Source: Euprymna scolopes (lineage: Eukaryota). Taken from it: DNA of 64,000 bases. Positions 12,345 to 25,762 of the stretch are shown in pieces. Both the position numbers and the translations under genes were made by a program. The notes beneath the pieces were generated by a model. It was not told the origin of the DNA. It did not search any database and saw only the letters and a list, made by a program, of their open reading frames with translations. The stretch's first letter is position 1, and each line of letters starts with the position of its first letter. The stretch lies in NCBI GenBank assembly GCA_053919585.1, contig CM132804.1. The stretch is one strand, 5' to 3'.

Positions 12345-15300
12345 ATGGCCAACAAAATAATCCAATTGAATTGCAGAAGTATAAAAGCCAACAAGAATGA
12401 ATTACTTCTAATATCCAATCTCTGCCCTACTATAATATGCCTACAAGAGACTTTTTTAAAACCATCTGAAACTATCAATCTCCGTAACTTCACTGAATAT
12501 AACCACACAACAAATAATCCAAATAGAGCTTCTGGAGGAACATCCATTCTCATCAACAAAAACGCAGCACAAAGCCAAATAAATCTACAAACTAATTTAC
12601 AGGCAATTGCCACCACAACCACCCTACATAGAACAGTAACAATCTGCTCCATCTATCTACCCCCAGATGACTCTATAGATGAAACAGAGATAGAAAAACT
12701 TATCAACCAACTTCCTTGCCCCTTCATATTATTAGGTGACTTTAACAGTCATAATGTTAGTTGGGATGTTCAGACACTGACAGAAAAGGAATCATTATAG
12801 AAAATATTAACAACAACCTATGCATATATAATAACAAAAATCCAACCTTTATTTACTCTGCTACAAACTCATACTCAGCAATTGATTTCTCTAGAAGTGA
12901 TCCTAGTATCTTTATGGATTACAACTGGACAGTGCACGAGGACACTTGTGGGAACAACCACTTCTCAATAATATTAGAACACTTTGGTCCTGAAACAAAC
13001 TCAAAAATTCCTCGTTGGAATAAATTCAAATCATTATGTGGACACAAACTCTTGCCTTGAAAACATGTGAAAGGCCCAATCACTCACTTTACAGCTACCA
13101 TCATCTCAATAGCTGAGGAATACATACCGAAAACAAAGTATAATCGGCCCAGGTTTAATGATGATTACAAAAAGGCTATCAGGCTATGACATGCTGCATT
13201 AAGAAAATTCAACAACCGAGTAACTATTCAGAATTTAAACAACTTCAAAATATGCAGAGCTAAAGCACGGCGAACAGTAAAAGCCAAATGTGAACCATGG
13301 AAAAACTTTGTGTCCAAAATCAACAATAACACCGAAGACAAAACCATATGGAAAATAATACGGAAAATATCAGGAAAAACACCAGTTCCCCTCTCAACCA
13401 CCTCTGTATAAACAATAAAAAAAAATAACAGAAAAAAAAGGACAGTCAACATGCTTGCAGACACTATTGTAAATAATTCATCATCCAAAAATTACAATAA
13501 AAAATTCCAGACTATTAAACATGAATCCGAAAAAAACAACGTACACTTTAAAAGTAATAATGAAGAAGTTTATAATAAACTTTTTACCATTCAAGAACTA
13601 AAGGATTCATTTAAAAAAGCCAATAACACGGCTGAAGGACCAGATGAGATAACATGAATTCCTGAACGAACTACCAGATCACTCATTAAATACTTACTTT
13701 CCATTCTTAGTGACATCTGGATCAATGGCAACCTTCCAGCTATATGGAAACAAGCCAGTCATTCCCATACCAAAACCAGGGAAGGATGCATCTGACGCCT
13801 CTAATTATCGCCCCATAGCTCTAACAAGCTGTGTGTGTGCAAGACGATGGAGAGAATGATAAACACCAGACTAATGTGGTTTCTTGAAACAAATAAAATA
13901 TTAACCAACCTTCAACGCGGTTTCCGAAAACAACGGTGCACTACAGACCACTTAATACGACTGAAAACCTCTATCAGAAATGCATTTATACAAAAAAAGC
14001 ATATGACTGCTATATTCTTTGATCTGGAAAAAGCTTACGATACCACATGGTGGTATGGTATCATGAAAGATCTCAAAGAAGCTGGACTGAAAGGAAGACT
14101 ACCCATCTTCGTCAACAACTTTATCAACAAAAGATTATTTAATGTCCATGTAGGAACATGCCTCTCTGATATTAAGGAACAGGAAACGGAAGTACCACAG
14201 GGAAGTATTTTATCTGTAACATTGTTTAATCTAAAGATTCACAATATCTTAAATGCATACACCAAGGTGTGGATTGCTCACTATATGTAGATGATTTTTT
14301 AATTGCATATAGCTCAAGGCATATCCATATAATTGAGCGTCAACTCCAACTATGCATCGACAAATTAAAAAAATGGACAACCGAAAACGGATTTAAGTTT
14401 TCCACTAATAAGACTAAATGTGTGCACTTGTGTCAGCTTAGAAAACTGCACCCAGATCCTCTCTTAAAACTAGATGATACCCAGATTCCTGTTGTCGACG
14501 AACATAAATTCTTAGGGTTAATATTAGATAAAAGACTCGCATTCATCCCTCATATTAAACACTTAAAGAATAAATGCAACAAAACTCTCCAGCTAATGCG
14601 AGTCATTGCCCACACAGACTGGGGAGCGGACAGACAAACCCTACTGAAACTATATAGATCACTAGTACACTCAAAACTAGATTATGGGAGCTTCATTTAT
14701 GGCGCCACCAGAAAATCGTATATAAAGATACTAGACACTGTTCAACATCTGGGCCTCAGGCTTGTACTGCGAGCCTTCCGAACTTCTCCCACCGATAGTC
14801 GCTATACAGGAGCCAATGAACTGCCATTATCAATTCGGCGCAACAAATTAGCTTTACAGTACTTAACCAAAATTCTCTCTTGCCCAGACAATCCTGCCTA
14901 CGATTGTATTGCAAACGCACTAGATTACAATCTCTACGATAGGAAAAAATCAAAACCGTCAAATCCAGCCTTCAATCCCAACTACCAAAACCTATTTGAC
15001 CAAAAGGTAAAAGCTATAAAACCTTTTGGTCTTCGTATGAAACCATTAGTGGAAGATGCAGGTATCACAATCAGGAACATCCATGAGGTCAACCAATCAA
15101 ACCTCCCACCCTGGCTACTAAAACAACCTCCCACCCTGGCTACTAAAACAACCTCCCACCCTGGCTACTAAAACAACCTGAAATTATCTTTGAACTAAAT
15201 AAGCTCCCAAAAAATCAAACTCATCCACTGAGCTATCAAGAAAAACTATTTAACATTCAGAAAAAATACCCAAATCATCAGCATATCTATACAGATGGTT

Positions 15301-16050
15301 CTAAGGACGGCAACAGAACTGGATGCGGAATAATATCCAATAGCACTACCTTGCAGAAGTGACTACCAGACTATGCTTCAATTTTTAGTGCTGAAGCCAC
15401 AGCTATAGACCTGGCACTAGACCTCATTACTGACCTCACTTACAACAAATGTATAATTTTTTCGGACTCCTATCAGTACTTGAATCTCTAAAGAACCAAA
15501 ATTTAAATAACCCGCTACTCATTAATCTATTTAAAAAAATACACACTCTTTCACAAAATAAAAATATCAAATTCTGCTGGATACCCAGTCATTTTGGAAT
15601 CCAAGGCAATGAAAAGGCCAACAGAGCTTCAAAAAAATGCACTAAATCTTGATGTAAGCGATTTAAAAATTCCACACTCGGACTACAAACAAATATGTAG
15701 ATTCATTATGAAGAAATGGCAAGAAAAATGGAATAATTGTCAAAACAAACTTTTTAAAATCAAACCCACAATTGAGAAATGTTTACCAAATTTCAGAAAA
15801 TCGCGTAGAGAGGAAGTAGTTTTGTCCCGCATTCGCATAGGACATGCACACATAACCCACTCCTTTCTGTTAAAAAAAAGACCCTCCAGAATGTGTGGCA
15901 TGCCAAGAACCCTTTACTGTAAAACATTCTTTTGGATTGTGGCGACCTCGAGCATATCCGGCAGAACTACGTTAGCAATTTGAAAGAACTATTTTAAAAA
16001 GTCAATCCTAAAAAATAAAAGAAAAGCCAATTTATACAAAAGAATATAAT
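12345..16050 (+). pseudogene. LINE ORF2 (AP endonuclease, reverse transcriptase, RNase H, CCHC), frameshifted
   Basis: IIQLNCRS, CLQET, LLGDFNSH; YRPIALTS, FFDLEKAYD, PQGSILS, LYVDDF; IYTDGSK, WIPSHFGIQGNE; RIRIGH. Confidence 0.9.
15100..15179 (+). repeat. 25-bp unit x3 (aacctcccaccctggctactaaaac) inside LINE ORF2
   Basis: Three perfect copies; +50 nt shifts the frame before RNase H. Confidence 0.95.
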
Positions 16051-16249
16051 TTTACCCGATCCAACTTCACCCCCACCAAAAAAAAACAAAACCAACACCA
16101 CTACCTAATGACCCAAAAAGACTGACTGAATAAGTTGAAATATCTATTAAAAAAATAAAATAAATGACTGATCTCGGCATTAAATAACCAAAAGAAAAAA
16201 AAAAAGGTTGATATGCCATAAAACCCAATCTAACCTAACCTTGTCAGAT

Positions 16250-16800
16250 ATTATTTGATATTACACAAACTCACTCTGAGTCAGCAGTCTCCAAAGTCCA
16301 CTCTGTAGTTTTGTCCAATCACTTGTAAGTTTTTCTAGGTCAGCCAACCTTCCTGCAATTTAGTACATTCATACTGTTACGATTTATGCAGGAGAATAAA
16401 TGTACCACATTACCAATGCAACCATTTCATTCTTAGGACAAACTCCATGCTGGGTAAGTGTTTTGCAGAAAGCAAAACATCTAACCTGATGTGTTGGGTT
16501 TGGTCAGATTTCACATTACAAATCCATTTGATCATAGCTCTGTCACTATGCTGCATCTGGACAAGAGGATTGAGCAAGGATTCAGCATTCACTGCAATAT
16601 ATCATGACATTTGGGACACAGCTGCTATAAAACTTATTTCAGGTGTAAAGAGGTAACAATTCACAAAATTTCATCCAAACTGTGTGGTCACAAGAGTTAA
16701 GGCTGAGTCCATTCATTACCTGCACTTTGCATATCTCAGTGACATCTTTGACTACCATCAATAGAATACACCTCTCCTATGCATCTGTAGTTGGGGCTCA
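16250..16800 (-). mobile_element. RTE-type LINE 3' remnant
   Basis: DRAMIKWICNV...LRMKWLHW resembles the RTE ORF2 C-terminus (MLRWMC..LRWFGH); heavily decayed. Confidence 0.5.
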
Positions 16801-17434
16801 AGGCTAACTTATACAATTACAAATAGAAACAAAATTTAAAATATTAAAATCATGACCATACTTGACAAAGAATGAGACAAACTATTTCAGCATAAAAAAT
16901 AACTTGTTTTTGTCATAAAACAACCAACTATTATTAATACTGTTTCTGAATTTTTTTAGATGAGGATTGATAATCCATATTTGAATTATTCGAACTATTG
17001 TCCTCCTCCTCTTGAATATTATTCGCACAATGTTTGTCTATAACCTTCAACCTTCTTCACGTGTATCTTGTCGAACTCTGCAATTTTTCAGGAAATAAAG
17101 TGTTCTATTTAAAATTCCGTACAGATTTCAGTTTGATAAGGTTGGAGGTTACATCTACCAAAATCTTGTGAATAACACTTAACATAAGAACAGTAATCAA
17201 AATAATCAAAATAATGTGCATTGTTAGGACTTTATAAACTTTGTTAAAGAATTTTCTGAAATAATTGCTTTTTTTCTTTCAATTTAAAAAAAAAAAAAAA
17301 AATTAATATCTATTTTAGTTGCTTTGATGTAATTAGTCCTTGCAATGCCTAAATATAGACATCTTCTTTTTTTTTTTTTTTGTTTTTTGTTTTGCTTGTT
17401 TTCTGCTTTTAATGGCCGACTCTGCTTCTTCCAG

Positions 17435-17498
17435 AAAATGTGCTCTGCTTGCAATTGAGGATGCCCAATCCTTCTTAAAAAATGGTGGCGAGGTTGCT
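17435..17498 (+). CDS. PFKFB: PFKFB exon c: KCALLAIEDAQSFLKNGGEVA
   Basis: cttccag / GTAAGT; phase 2 in, 0 out; matches CA..A..D...L..GG.VA helix. Confidence 0.92.
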
Positions 17499-17904
17499 GT
17501 AAGTATCAGCTTTTATTACAGAACTATTGAACCCTTTATGATGCTATTAAAGCGCATATTAAAACATACAATTGTTTTAACAAATCTTTTTTTGTCTCGT
17601 AAATTGTATTAGATCTTTTGGAGTTGTTTATAAGTCACTTAAAATGAAGTGAAAGTTTTTGTTTATTATTCAAACAATTTTTATTTCCTATTGATTGCTA
17701 TCAATTGTGTAGATTTATTTGTTTCACTACAAGTTAGACAGTTTTTTTTTTTGTTTTTTTTTTTTTAATGATTAGTCCATTAGGCTTGTTCAGACACTGC
17801 AATTTGCTATCTTGGATTTGACATGCTCTGATGCACATTCCACAGATGTAAGTGGTATTCAGTTGTGGGACACCTCCTATATATTTTTTTAAATTATTTT
17901 TTTA

Positions 17905-18015
17905 TTATTTATGCTCAACAAACCATAAGAGGCAAATATTTAACCCCCCCTTTTTTTTATTTATGCTCAACAAACCATAAGAGGCAAATATCCCCCCCCC
18001 TTTTTTTTTTTTTTT
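17905..18015 (+). repeat. ~52-bp tandem duplication
   Basis: ttatttatgctcaacaaaccataagaggcaaatat(C)n(T)n twice. Confidence 0.9.
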
Positions 18016-18150
18016 AATAAATTATCCTTGAATTTCATAACAGTAAAAGTATTACTTTTTTTTTTTTAATGTATGATTAGTAAAGTTCTATTATCGAAGT
18101 GTCCACCTGTTAACAAAATTTAAATAGTTCATTTTATTTAAAACTTATAA

Positions 18151-21100
18151 TAGTCAGGTGGCTTATGGTAATGATCATTACCTGCTGGCCCAAAGCACCA
18201 AATTTGGCACACACATACTTAAAGCTAAAGCAAAACTTTTGGGAGGATGGTACCGATTTTAATGATGAAGGTCAGAGTAAGGTTAAATGTCAAACCTGAC
18301 TTTGCCATCTTTTTCGGTTTCCTTAATATTTTTCAACACAATCTGCTGCTTTGTCAAAATTAATAGTAATTGATTTGAGAAAGTCATCTGCCATTCTGCC
18401 TAAATTTCCTATCCCCATATTGAATTGGGCAAAGGTGACAGTTGATCTGGTGTAATTTCTATGTGAATTATTGGCATCAATATTTTTTATAAACTGTTGA
18501 ACAAGTAGCTCATTATTTAAAAAGAAACAGTATTACAATGTACCAAACATTACAAAGGTTAGAGTAATTTTTCTTTTTTGAGATTATTTAAAATTAAAGT
18601 ATTAATTTTTACCTAGATGCCTTTAACATTGGAACCTTAATTTTGACCTAGGTGCCCTTAACCTTGGAACCCTAATTTTTACCTAAATGCCCTTAACACT
18701 TAAAGAAGCAAAGATCCCTCTGATTATTGCATTAATTTTATCATTGGGGAATAGTGGCTAATATTGTTGTTTACACTCATAACTATGTGTATGAGAAGGA
18801 TGTTATGTTTGTCAATTCAATATTATACATACTAATAATTTTACTAATAAAATATGTGAATTTTATATCCATTTGATGAAAATAGTTGCTTATATAATCT
18901 ATTAAATTACTAAAAAATACATTAATTTTAATTATCTTTTTAAAAACCTACGAAAATAAACATTTTTCACCATTATTTTCCAAATTCACAATCACACAAG
19001 GAAATGAAAGGTTTATCCCATCATCATCTCATCACTGATATGGTGGTGTTCATACCAGACCTGCCTTTTCGTATTTGCATTTAACATGAGAAATGCCTTA
19101 CAGCCACATTTTATGAGTTCTTTGCATGCAGCAGCAGCAGATGAAACTGGTCAAAATAGAATGCCACCCAGTGTCTGATATGGACCAACCGAAACCAGCT
19201 GGGCTAGGGGTTTAAGATTCTGTTCAGATACTTGCCTGATACACACCTCGATTGACATGTTGGATAAAAGCATTCTATGTTGGTGGTAGCCTTTCCATTA
19301 GTTTCGCCCTGTTAAGAAAGCTCTTGCCAAAGGTCATTAACTTTGCTATGATGAGTTGCACTGTCATACACGGTACATGTGAACTGCTCAATTAATCTGA
19401 ATATCAGATGCTGTTCCTTGAGGAACGAATGTTGAGGATGGTTTTCCTCATATATTGCCTTAAGTAGCACAGGTTCAGTCTTGTGCTCTTCTATAGCTGC
19501 TACTTCTGTGATGTTAATCATATTTGTTACAAGCAACAGCTGGAACTATTCTTTTCCTATCTGGAAGGAATGGATTCCTAATGTGAGCCTGTTGTAGTAT
19601 TTTGATGGGCTTTCTACTCATCCCTTGGTTAATCTCTGCAGGAAACTGGAACATACTGATACTTATGCCATGGAATGATCCTTCAGCTGCTTGTGACATT
19701 GGATTGTGATCCAGATTGTCTAATGCCCCTACTGAGAACATACCAATGACTTGCACAGGGCATGCCAAACCCTCCTTGATGTCGGTCACACACTGTATTT
19801 GTCAGCCAGTCTTCCTGTTCTAATACTTTCATAGCTGACACTAATTTCAAGTTTATGAAGATGAGTCAATATTTTCTTGCTCCAGGTTTAAGTGTGAACA
19901 TTAGAGCATCTATATAAGGAAAGTGTTTGGTCTTTTGGTTACATAGTTTCTCTGCTACTTTTGGCTTTTTTGCAATTGAATCTGAGCTGGCATATCGAAC
20001 CATTTCTGTGAATGTTGCTTTCTGCTCTTTGATGTTTGATCCATGTAACAACCTGAAGATCAAGATTTTAACTGAATTTGGTACTGCGTCATGTTGAGTC
20101 TGGGATGAAACTTCCATTGACTGCAGAGAATTGTCTTTGAATTTTCTTGTATTACCTTTGCCATATGTACCATTGAGAGTGCATCCTTCTCAAAATCACA
20201 AGACTTCAAGTCTTCCTTTATAATTTTTTGAAAACCTTCATTAAAGACGAATTGTTTGCTTGCCTATTGATTGCTCCTGGCACTGATCCTTGTAATGGCA
20301 TAAGTTTATTTTTCAGCCATGTCTTGTTTTCATACTCTAAGGCTGTAAGATGAGCTGCACACCTTTTGTGCAGATCTGCTGATAGAAATATGTACTCCCA
20401 ACCTCAACAGTTGTTTCAATAAACAATATAGAAATATGTACTCCCAACCTCAACAGTTGTTTCAATAAACAATATAGAAATATGTACTCCCAACCTCAAT
20501 AGTTGTTTCAATAAACAATATAGAAATATGTACTCCCAACCTCAACAGTTGTTTCAATAAACAATATAGAAATATGTACTCCCAACCTCAACAGTTGTTT
20601 CAATAAACAATATAGAAATATGTACTCCCAACCTCAACAGTTGTTTCAATAAACAATATAGAAATATGTACTCCCAACCTCAACAGTTGTTTCAATAAAC
20701 AATATAGAAATATGTACTCCCAACCTCAACAGTTGTTTCAATAAACAATATAGAAATATGTACTCCCAACCTCAACAGTTGTTTCAATAAACAATATAGA
20801 AATATGTACTCCCAACCTCAACAGTTGTTTCAATAAACAATATAGAAATATGTACTCCCAACCTCAACAGTTGTTTCAATAAACAATATCATTTATGCAA
20901 ATACCCTCGAAACTGTCATTGATTGATCAGCTGAATCTAATAATGTAGCCTAGGATCTATAACTTCTGTATCGAACACGGAATGCATCAATGCATAGTTT
21001 GTCATACTTGACTTAAATAGCAATGAGCTCTCCATCTTCAATAGTAGCTAACAAATGACTATCTTGTAGTGCTGTTGCTTGTTGTCTTAACGTTTAGTCT

Positions 21101-21826
21101 AATCCTAAAGTTGCACAATTGTGTACACCATCTGAGTTCTTAAAAAAAATATACACATGTTGCAATTCTAGTGTTCATCAGTTAGATAAATGTTTGGACT
21201 TTGTCTAGTACTAACACCATTGCCAGATTTGTTAACAATCCTCTTTCTAGCATTTCTCCCCTGTGCCCTAAGCAGTTTAGAATTTGCAAATAACGTAAGT
21301 TTTTATGCCACTTAGCACATTTTATATTGAGATCATTGGTAATCACATCATTGGAACAAATACTGGCAGGCAATGATTTCAGTTCTTTAAAGCCTTGTAC
21401 ATTTTTCATAAATTCTTTATAGGTTTGTGAACTGTTGCCACCCTCTGGTTGCAAGACATTTTAGCCTACTCTCTTCTGTACTATATATGATGCACTTTGA
21501 CCAATCCATGTTGTGGCGAAGATTGAAATGAAAGTTTTCCACTGCCTTGCTGATTTCAGTTCTTAATCAGTAAGCACTCTGAAACAGAATGTACACTATC
21601 ACAAATTCTGTTTCCAACTATTCACTCAAAGCAAAAAATAAAAGTAAATTGACACCTGAAAATCCTGAAATAATTGTACTGTCACATTATGACCTTAACC
21701 TGACCTTGACTTTTAAAATCTAGTATCCTCTCCAAAAAATATTTGTAATTATCCATTTATCAAATTTGGTGCTTTGGACCAGTCTGTAATGATTTGGGCA
21801 TTTTCTGACCACAAGCCACCCCACTA
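18151..21826 (-). mobile_element. Academ (AcademX-like) DNA transposon, decayed and internally deleted
   Basis: Imperfect ~140-bp TIRs starting TAGT and ending ACTA; 3-bp TSD TAA (18148-18150, 21827-21829); minus-strand FSVGALDNLDHNP..SFHGISISMFQFP and CKELIKCGCK fragments. Confidence 0.82.
20382..20887 (+). repeat. 46-bp minisatellite x11 inside Academ transposase
   Basis: atagaaatatgtactcccaacctcaacagttgtttcaataaacaat; 506 = 11 x 46; one C>T seen in copy 3. Confidence 0.97.
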
Positions 21827-21931
21827 TAAGCCTTGGATGTTGGTAGTGTATTTAAAATAAAGTTATTTAAAAACATCTTGAAAGAATTTCAAAATAGACA
21901 AAATGCCTATAAAATAACTATAAAAAGGTAA

Positions 21932-22404
21932 TCTATAAATATAAAAGCGAAAATGTATGTATGTGTTTTTGCTTTTTCTGTGTGTCTACAAAAAGCTTCT
22001 TTCAGAGAAGCAGTCGCTCGCTTCACAACTTTTTAAAACTTTTTATATCACATATAAATCATAATATCTCACTGTTAACAACGAAGCTCGCCTGTCTATT
22101 TAATTTGCTCGATTTCGGGAAGATAAATATTCAACATTTGTCGCTCGCCACATGTGGGTTAGTCTTTTTCCTATAACATCTTGGGGAAAAAAAAAGCGTT
22201 CAGCAGTAAATGAAATCCCGCAGTCAAACTTGATCTTATTAAAATGCGCACCTGCTAAATCCAAGTCATTAAATAAATTCAAACGCATTTCTGTTAGCAT
22301 GTCGCGGTGAGGCAATGGTTAACGTCGCACTTTTTTTTTTTTTTTTTTTTCACACTTTAATTTACAACTTTCCCTCAACAGTACGGGTTCGATCCTCATA
22401 CTTA

Positions 22405-22443
<39 letters not shown>

Positions 22444-22490
22444 CCCCACACACCTCCAAAACCCGGGCAACGCCGGGTACCCCTCGCTAG
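21932..22490 (+). mobile_element. Non-autonomous Helitron A
   Basis: A|TC start (tctataaatataaaagcgaaaatgt); hairpin ACCCGG-gcaacg-CCGGGT 22461-22478; CTAG 22487-22490. Confidence 0.8.
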
Positions 22491-23059
22491 TCTATATATA
22501 TAAAAGGCAAAATGTGTGTCACCATTTCGTGTATGTCTTCAAAAGACTTTTCTCGCACACGCTCCCGGGTTCGTTACGATCACTTACAACTGTTTATATA
22601 GGTCCTAGATAATAATATCTAGGATTTGGGAAAGTGCGTCGCGTCTAGATTTATTTACATCGACTTTTACAAAATTATTGCGATTTTGGCTTCTCAAGTG
22701 TTGATTCGCTTTTTTTGTATAAAAAGCGAAACTAATTCAAAGCTAAGTAAGGTTTCTTGGCATCACGCCGGGAAACGTCCAGAAGCAATCATCAGCTTTG
22801 ATCAATATTGTAAATCATACAATTGCTATTCAATCTGGACAATTGGGAGCTGCTTTCCTTCTCCCCAACATCTGTTGGGGGAAAAAAACAGTCAAATTTG
22901 GGTAAACAAACCCAAACGCTGCGTGACTTCTATTTGACCTTCTTAATTAGGTCAAATGGAAGCAGCAGAGTTAACTTTTATTGCGCGCGCCTGTTTTTAT
23001 AGTTAAAGAAATAAATTCAAACCTGTCTACGTTGTATGTCATGGTGGCCCAATGGTTGC

Positions 23060-23090
<31 letters not shown>

Positions 23091-24475
23091 CCACCCCTTA
23101 ATTTCCAACTAAAGGGTATGGGTTTGATCCTCATACTCACCTACCAAAACATTTTTTTTTTATTATTTAACCTTTCTTTCTACCTAAACTTTTCCCCTCT
23201 TTTACTCCTTTTTTTTATTTTACGTTTGTTCGCTGTTTTGCTTTGTTTTGCTTTTTCCAATTTTTTTTTAACATGTTTTTTTTATAATATTAAAACAGGG
23301 TCACCCTCTCCTACATACAGACCTCCAGACACCCGGGCAACGCCAGGTACTCCCCCCCCTACCACCACCACACTAGCAGTGTCAGAAATTTCGTGAAAAT
23401 AGTGAATAATTCCACCCCATCTTTCCAAGCTTATAACTCCTCGAAAAATGTAATTCAAGCCCTAATTTTTTTTTTCAATTAAAGGAGTAAGGACCAAGGT
23501 TTTATTTAAAAAAAAAACAAAACAAAACAATGTGTTTTTTTTTTTTTAAAAAGGTTTTAAACTTCGGACTTTACAGGTAAATTTCTAAAAAACTGATTTT
23601 TTTTTTTGTTTTAAATTTGAATATATTATTTATTGACCTTTTCTCTTCAATTTGTGATATATAAACCTATTAAACATAAATTAATTATTTACTTTTTAAT
23701 AGACATTTCAAAATGAGAGGCGTAAATTATTCGACCCCCTATCTTTCTAAGCTTATAACTCCTCGAAAAATGTAATTCAAGCCCTAATTTTTTTTTCAAT
23801 TAAAGGAGCAAGGACCAAGGTTTCATTAAAAAAAAAAAAAAAAAGACAAAAAGAAAAAATGTGTTCTTATAAAATAAGGTTTTAAACTTCGGACTTTACA
23901 GGTAAATTTCTAAAAAACTGATTTTTTTTTTTTGTTTTAAATTTGAATATATTATTTATTGACCTTTTCTCTTCAATTTGTGATATATAAACCTATTAAA
24001 CATAAATTAATTATTTACTTTTTAATAGACATTTCAAAATGGGGGGGGGCGTGAAAATGGGGGGGCGTGAAAATGGGGGGCGTGAATTTAAAAAAAACGT
24101 TTGTCTAAAATATTATATTCGGTTTATTGGAAAGAACATAAAATTTCACATTGACCCTGAAAATATCGTAAAAATAGAATCAATAGAAAAATTTTGATAG
24201 ATTTTTAAAATTTAAAAATTTAAAAATATTGAGTTTAAAAATTGAAAAATATTGAGTTCGGAAAATTCATTACTGTTTAAAAAAAAAAATAAAAATATTT
24301 TTATTACTTTTAAAACAACTGTAATAGTTTATTTTGGAAGTATAATCCATAAAGAAAATAAATAACCCACTTTTAACAGAGAAATTACGAGATTTTTATA
24401 TTGTATTCGCAGTTTCGTGTTAGGGGTGTCAAAAATTCCTACAAAAATTCTGATACTGCTACCACCACACGCTAG
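22491..24475 (+). mobile_element. Non-autonomous Helitron B, head-to-tail with A and interrupted by a MITE
   Basis: TC start directly after A's CTAG; hairpin acccgggcaacgccaggt 23331-23348; CTAG|T at 24472-24476 once the MITE is removed. Confidence 0.75.
23374..24461. mobile_element. Non-autonomous TIR element (MITE), copy 1, with internal ~325-bp duplication
   Basis: TIR TAGCAGTRTCAGAA...TTCTGATACTGCTA; 9-bp TSD CCACCACAC (23365-23373, 24462-24470). Confidence 0.9.
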
Positions 24476-24789
24476 TACCTTTATAAAACTCAAGTCTTCA
24501 AGGAGGGATGATTTCTCCAAAAATTAAGACAAAAGTAAAAAATGATTTTTGTTAATATCAATCTACGCACGTGGGTTAAGTGACTTTTATTTTAACATAC
24601 AGTGCTCAACAATAACCCAGTTCTTAAAGGGACAAACAGTCATCTATATGTATGTAACTAAATCTTGGACCTGACATACAGATAGTACCACTAATTAAAA
24701 AGAATTCATTTTTCATTCATAACATTTATGAAGTACTAACCTTCAAATCGCATATCAAAATTTTAACTCCATCTGATTAGTTTAGAAAT

Positions 24790-25165
24790 TACTGTTACGA
24801 ATTTCAAATTAATGTAAAAATCTGAATTTTGTTTCTTGGTGAAGCATTTTCATATGGGTGGGAGGAATACTGTTCAAGCAAATCGGTGGTGTGATAAGTG
24901 TTAAAACTTTTATAAACAAGAGGTTGTATGATGATTTTAAATGCAGTTGTACAGACACAAGCAATACATCATGCTCAGGTTACTCAAATTCAACAATTGT
25001 TTCTGAAAAAATAGTCCACAAATTCGTGTTGGTAGATCCTAAATTTAAGTAAGATAGTTGAAGATATCTGAAGGCTGTGTATTCACCAATTTTCATCTGC
25101 ATTTGTTGATGGGAAAGCTGTTCGAAGTGGGTGTTGTATTTGCTCACTCTATAAAAAAAAACATC
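24790..25165 (+). mobile_element. Old Himar1/irritans-like mariner transposase N-terminal remnant
   Basis: Degenerate NTVQA..., LYDDFKCSCTDTSN..SG.SNS, VHKFVLVDPKFK and KWV..LL segments. Confidence 0.6.
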
Positions 25166-25422
25166 CCATTAACATTAAGGAATTTCGCCATCGGTATGAC
25201 GAGGTATTTATTCATTAGATTTACCAGTGTTGTCTAGGTATCAAATATGTTGAACATAATATTGTCTGTGACATTTGTTTTCATGCCTCCCCCACCCATC
25301 TCTACCCCTCTCTTATTCTCTCTTTCTGTTATACAGGTGTTCATAACCATATTGATTTATTATACCTTTCCTTTTATTTTAGATTCTCGATTAGTTGTAT
25401 CTCGTTATAGTGAAGTGTGTAA

Positions 25423-25635
<213 letters not shown>

Positions 25636-25731
25636 TAAAAACTTTACACTTTTATTAGATTGTGGCCACTTTTTTCCCCCCAATTTTTAATAGATTTGAA
25701 AGCAATTTTCATGTTGCAATACAAAACGTTC

Positions 25732-25762
<31 letters not shown>

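Larger units (their letters stand above)
10392..16238 (+). mobile_element. Full-length decayed I-group LINE (Nimb/I-like, with RNase H)
   Basis: TSD CCTTGTCAGAT at 10381-10391 and 16239-16249; 3' tail aaacccaatctaacctaa; ORF1 with three Zn knuckles; ORF2 APE-RT-RNase H. Confidence 0.93.

Noticed and set aside
20382-20887. CRISPR-like regular array
   Set aside because: Contiguous identical units without spacers, eukaryotic context, no cas genes
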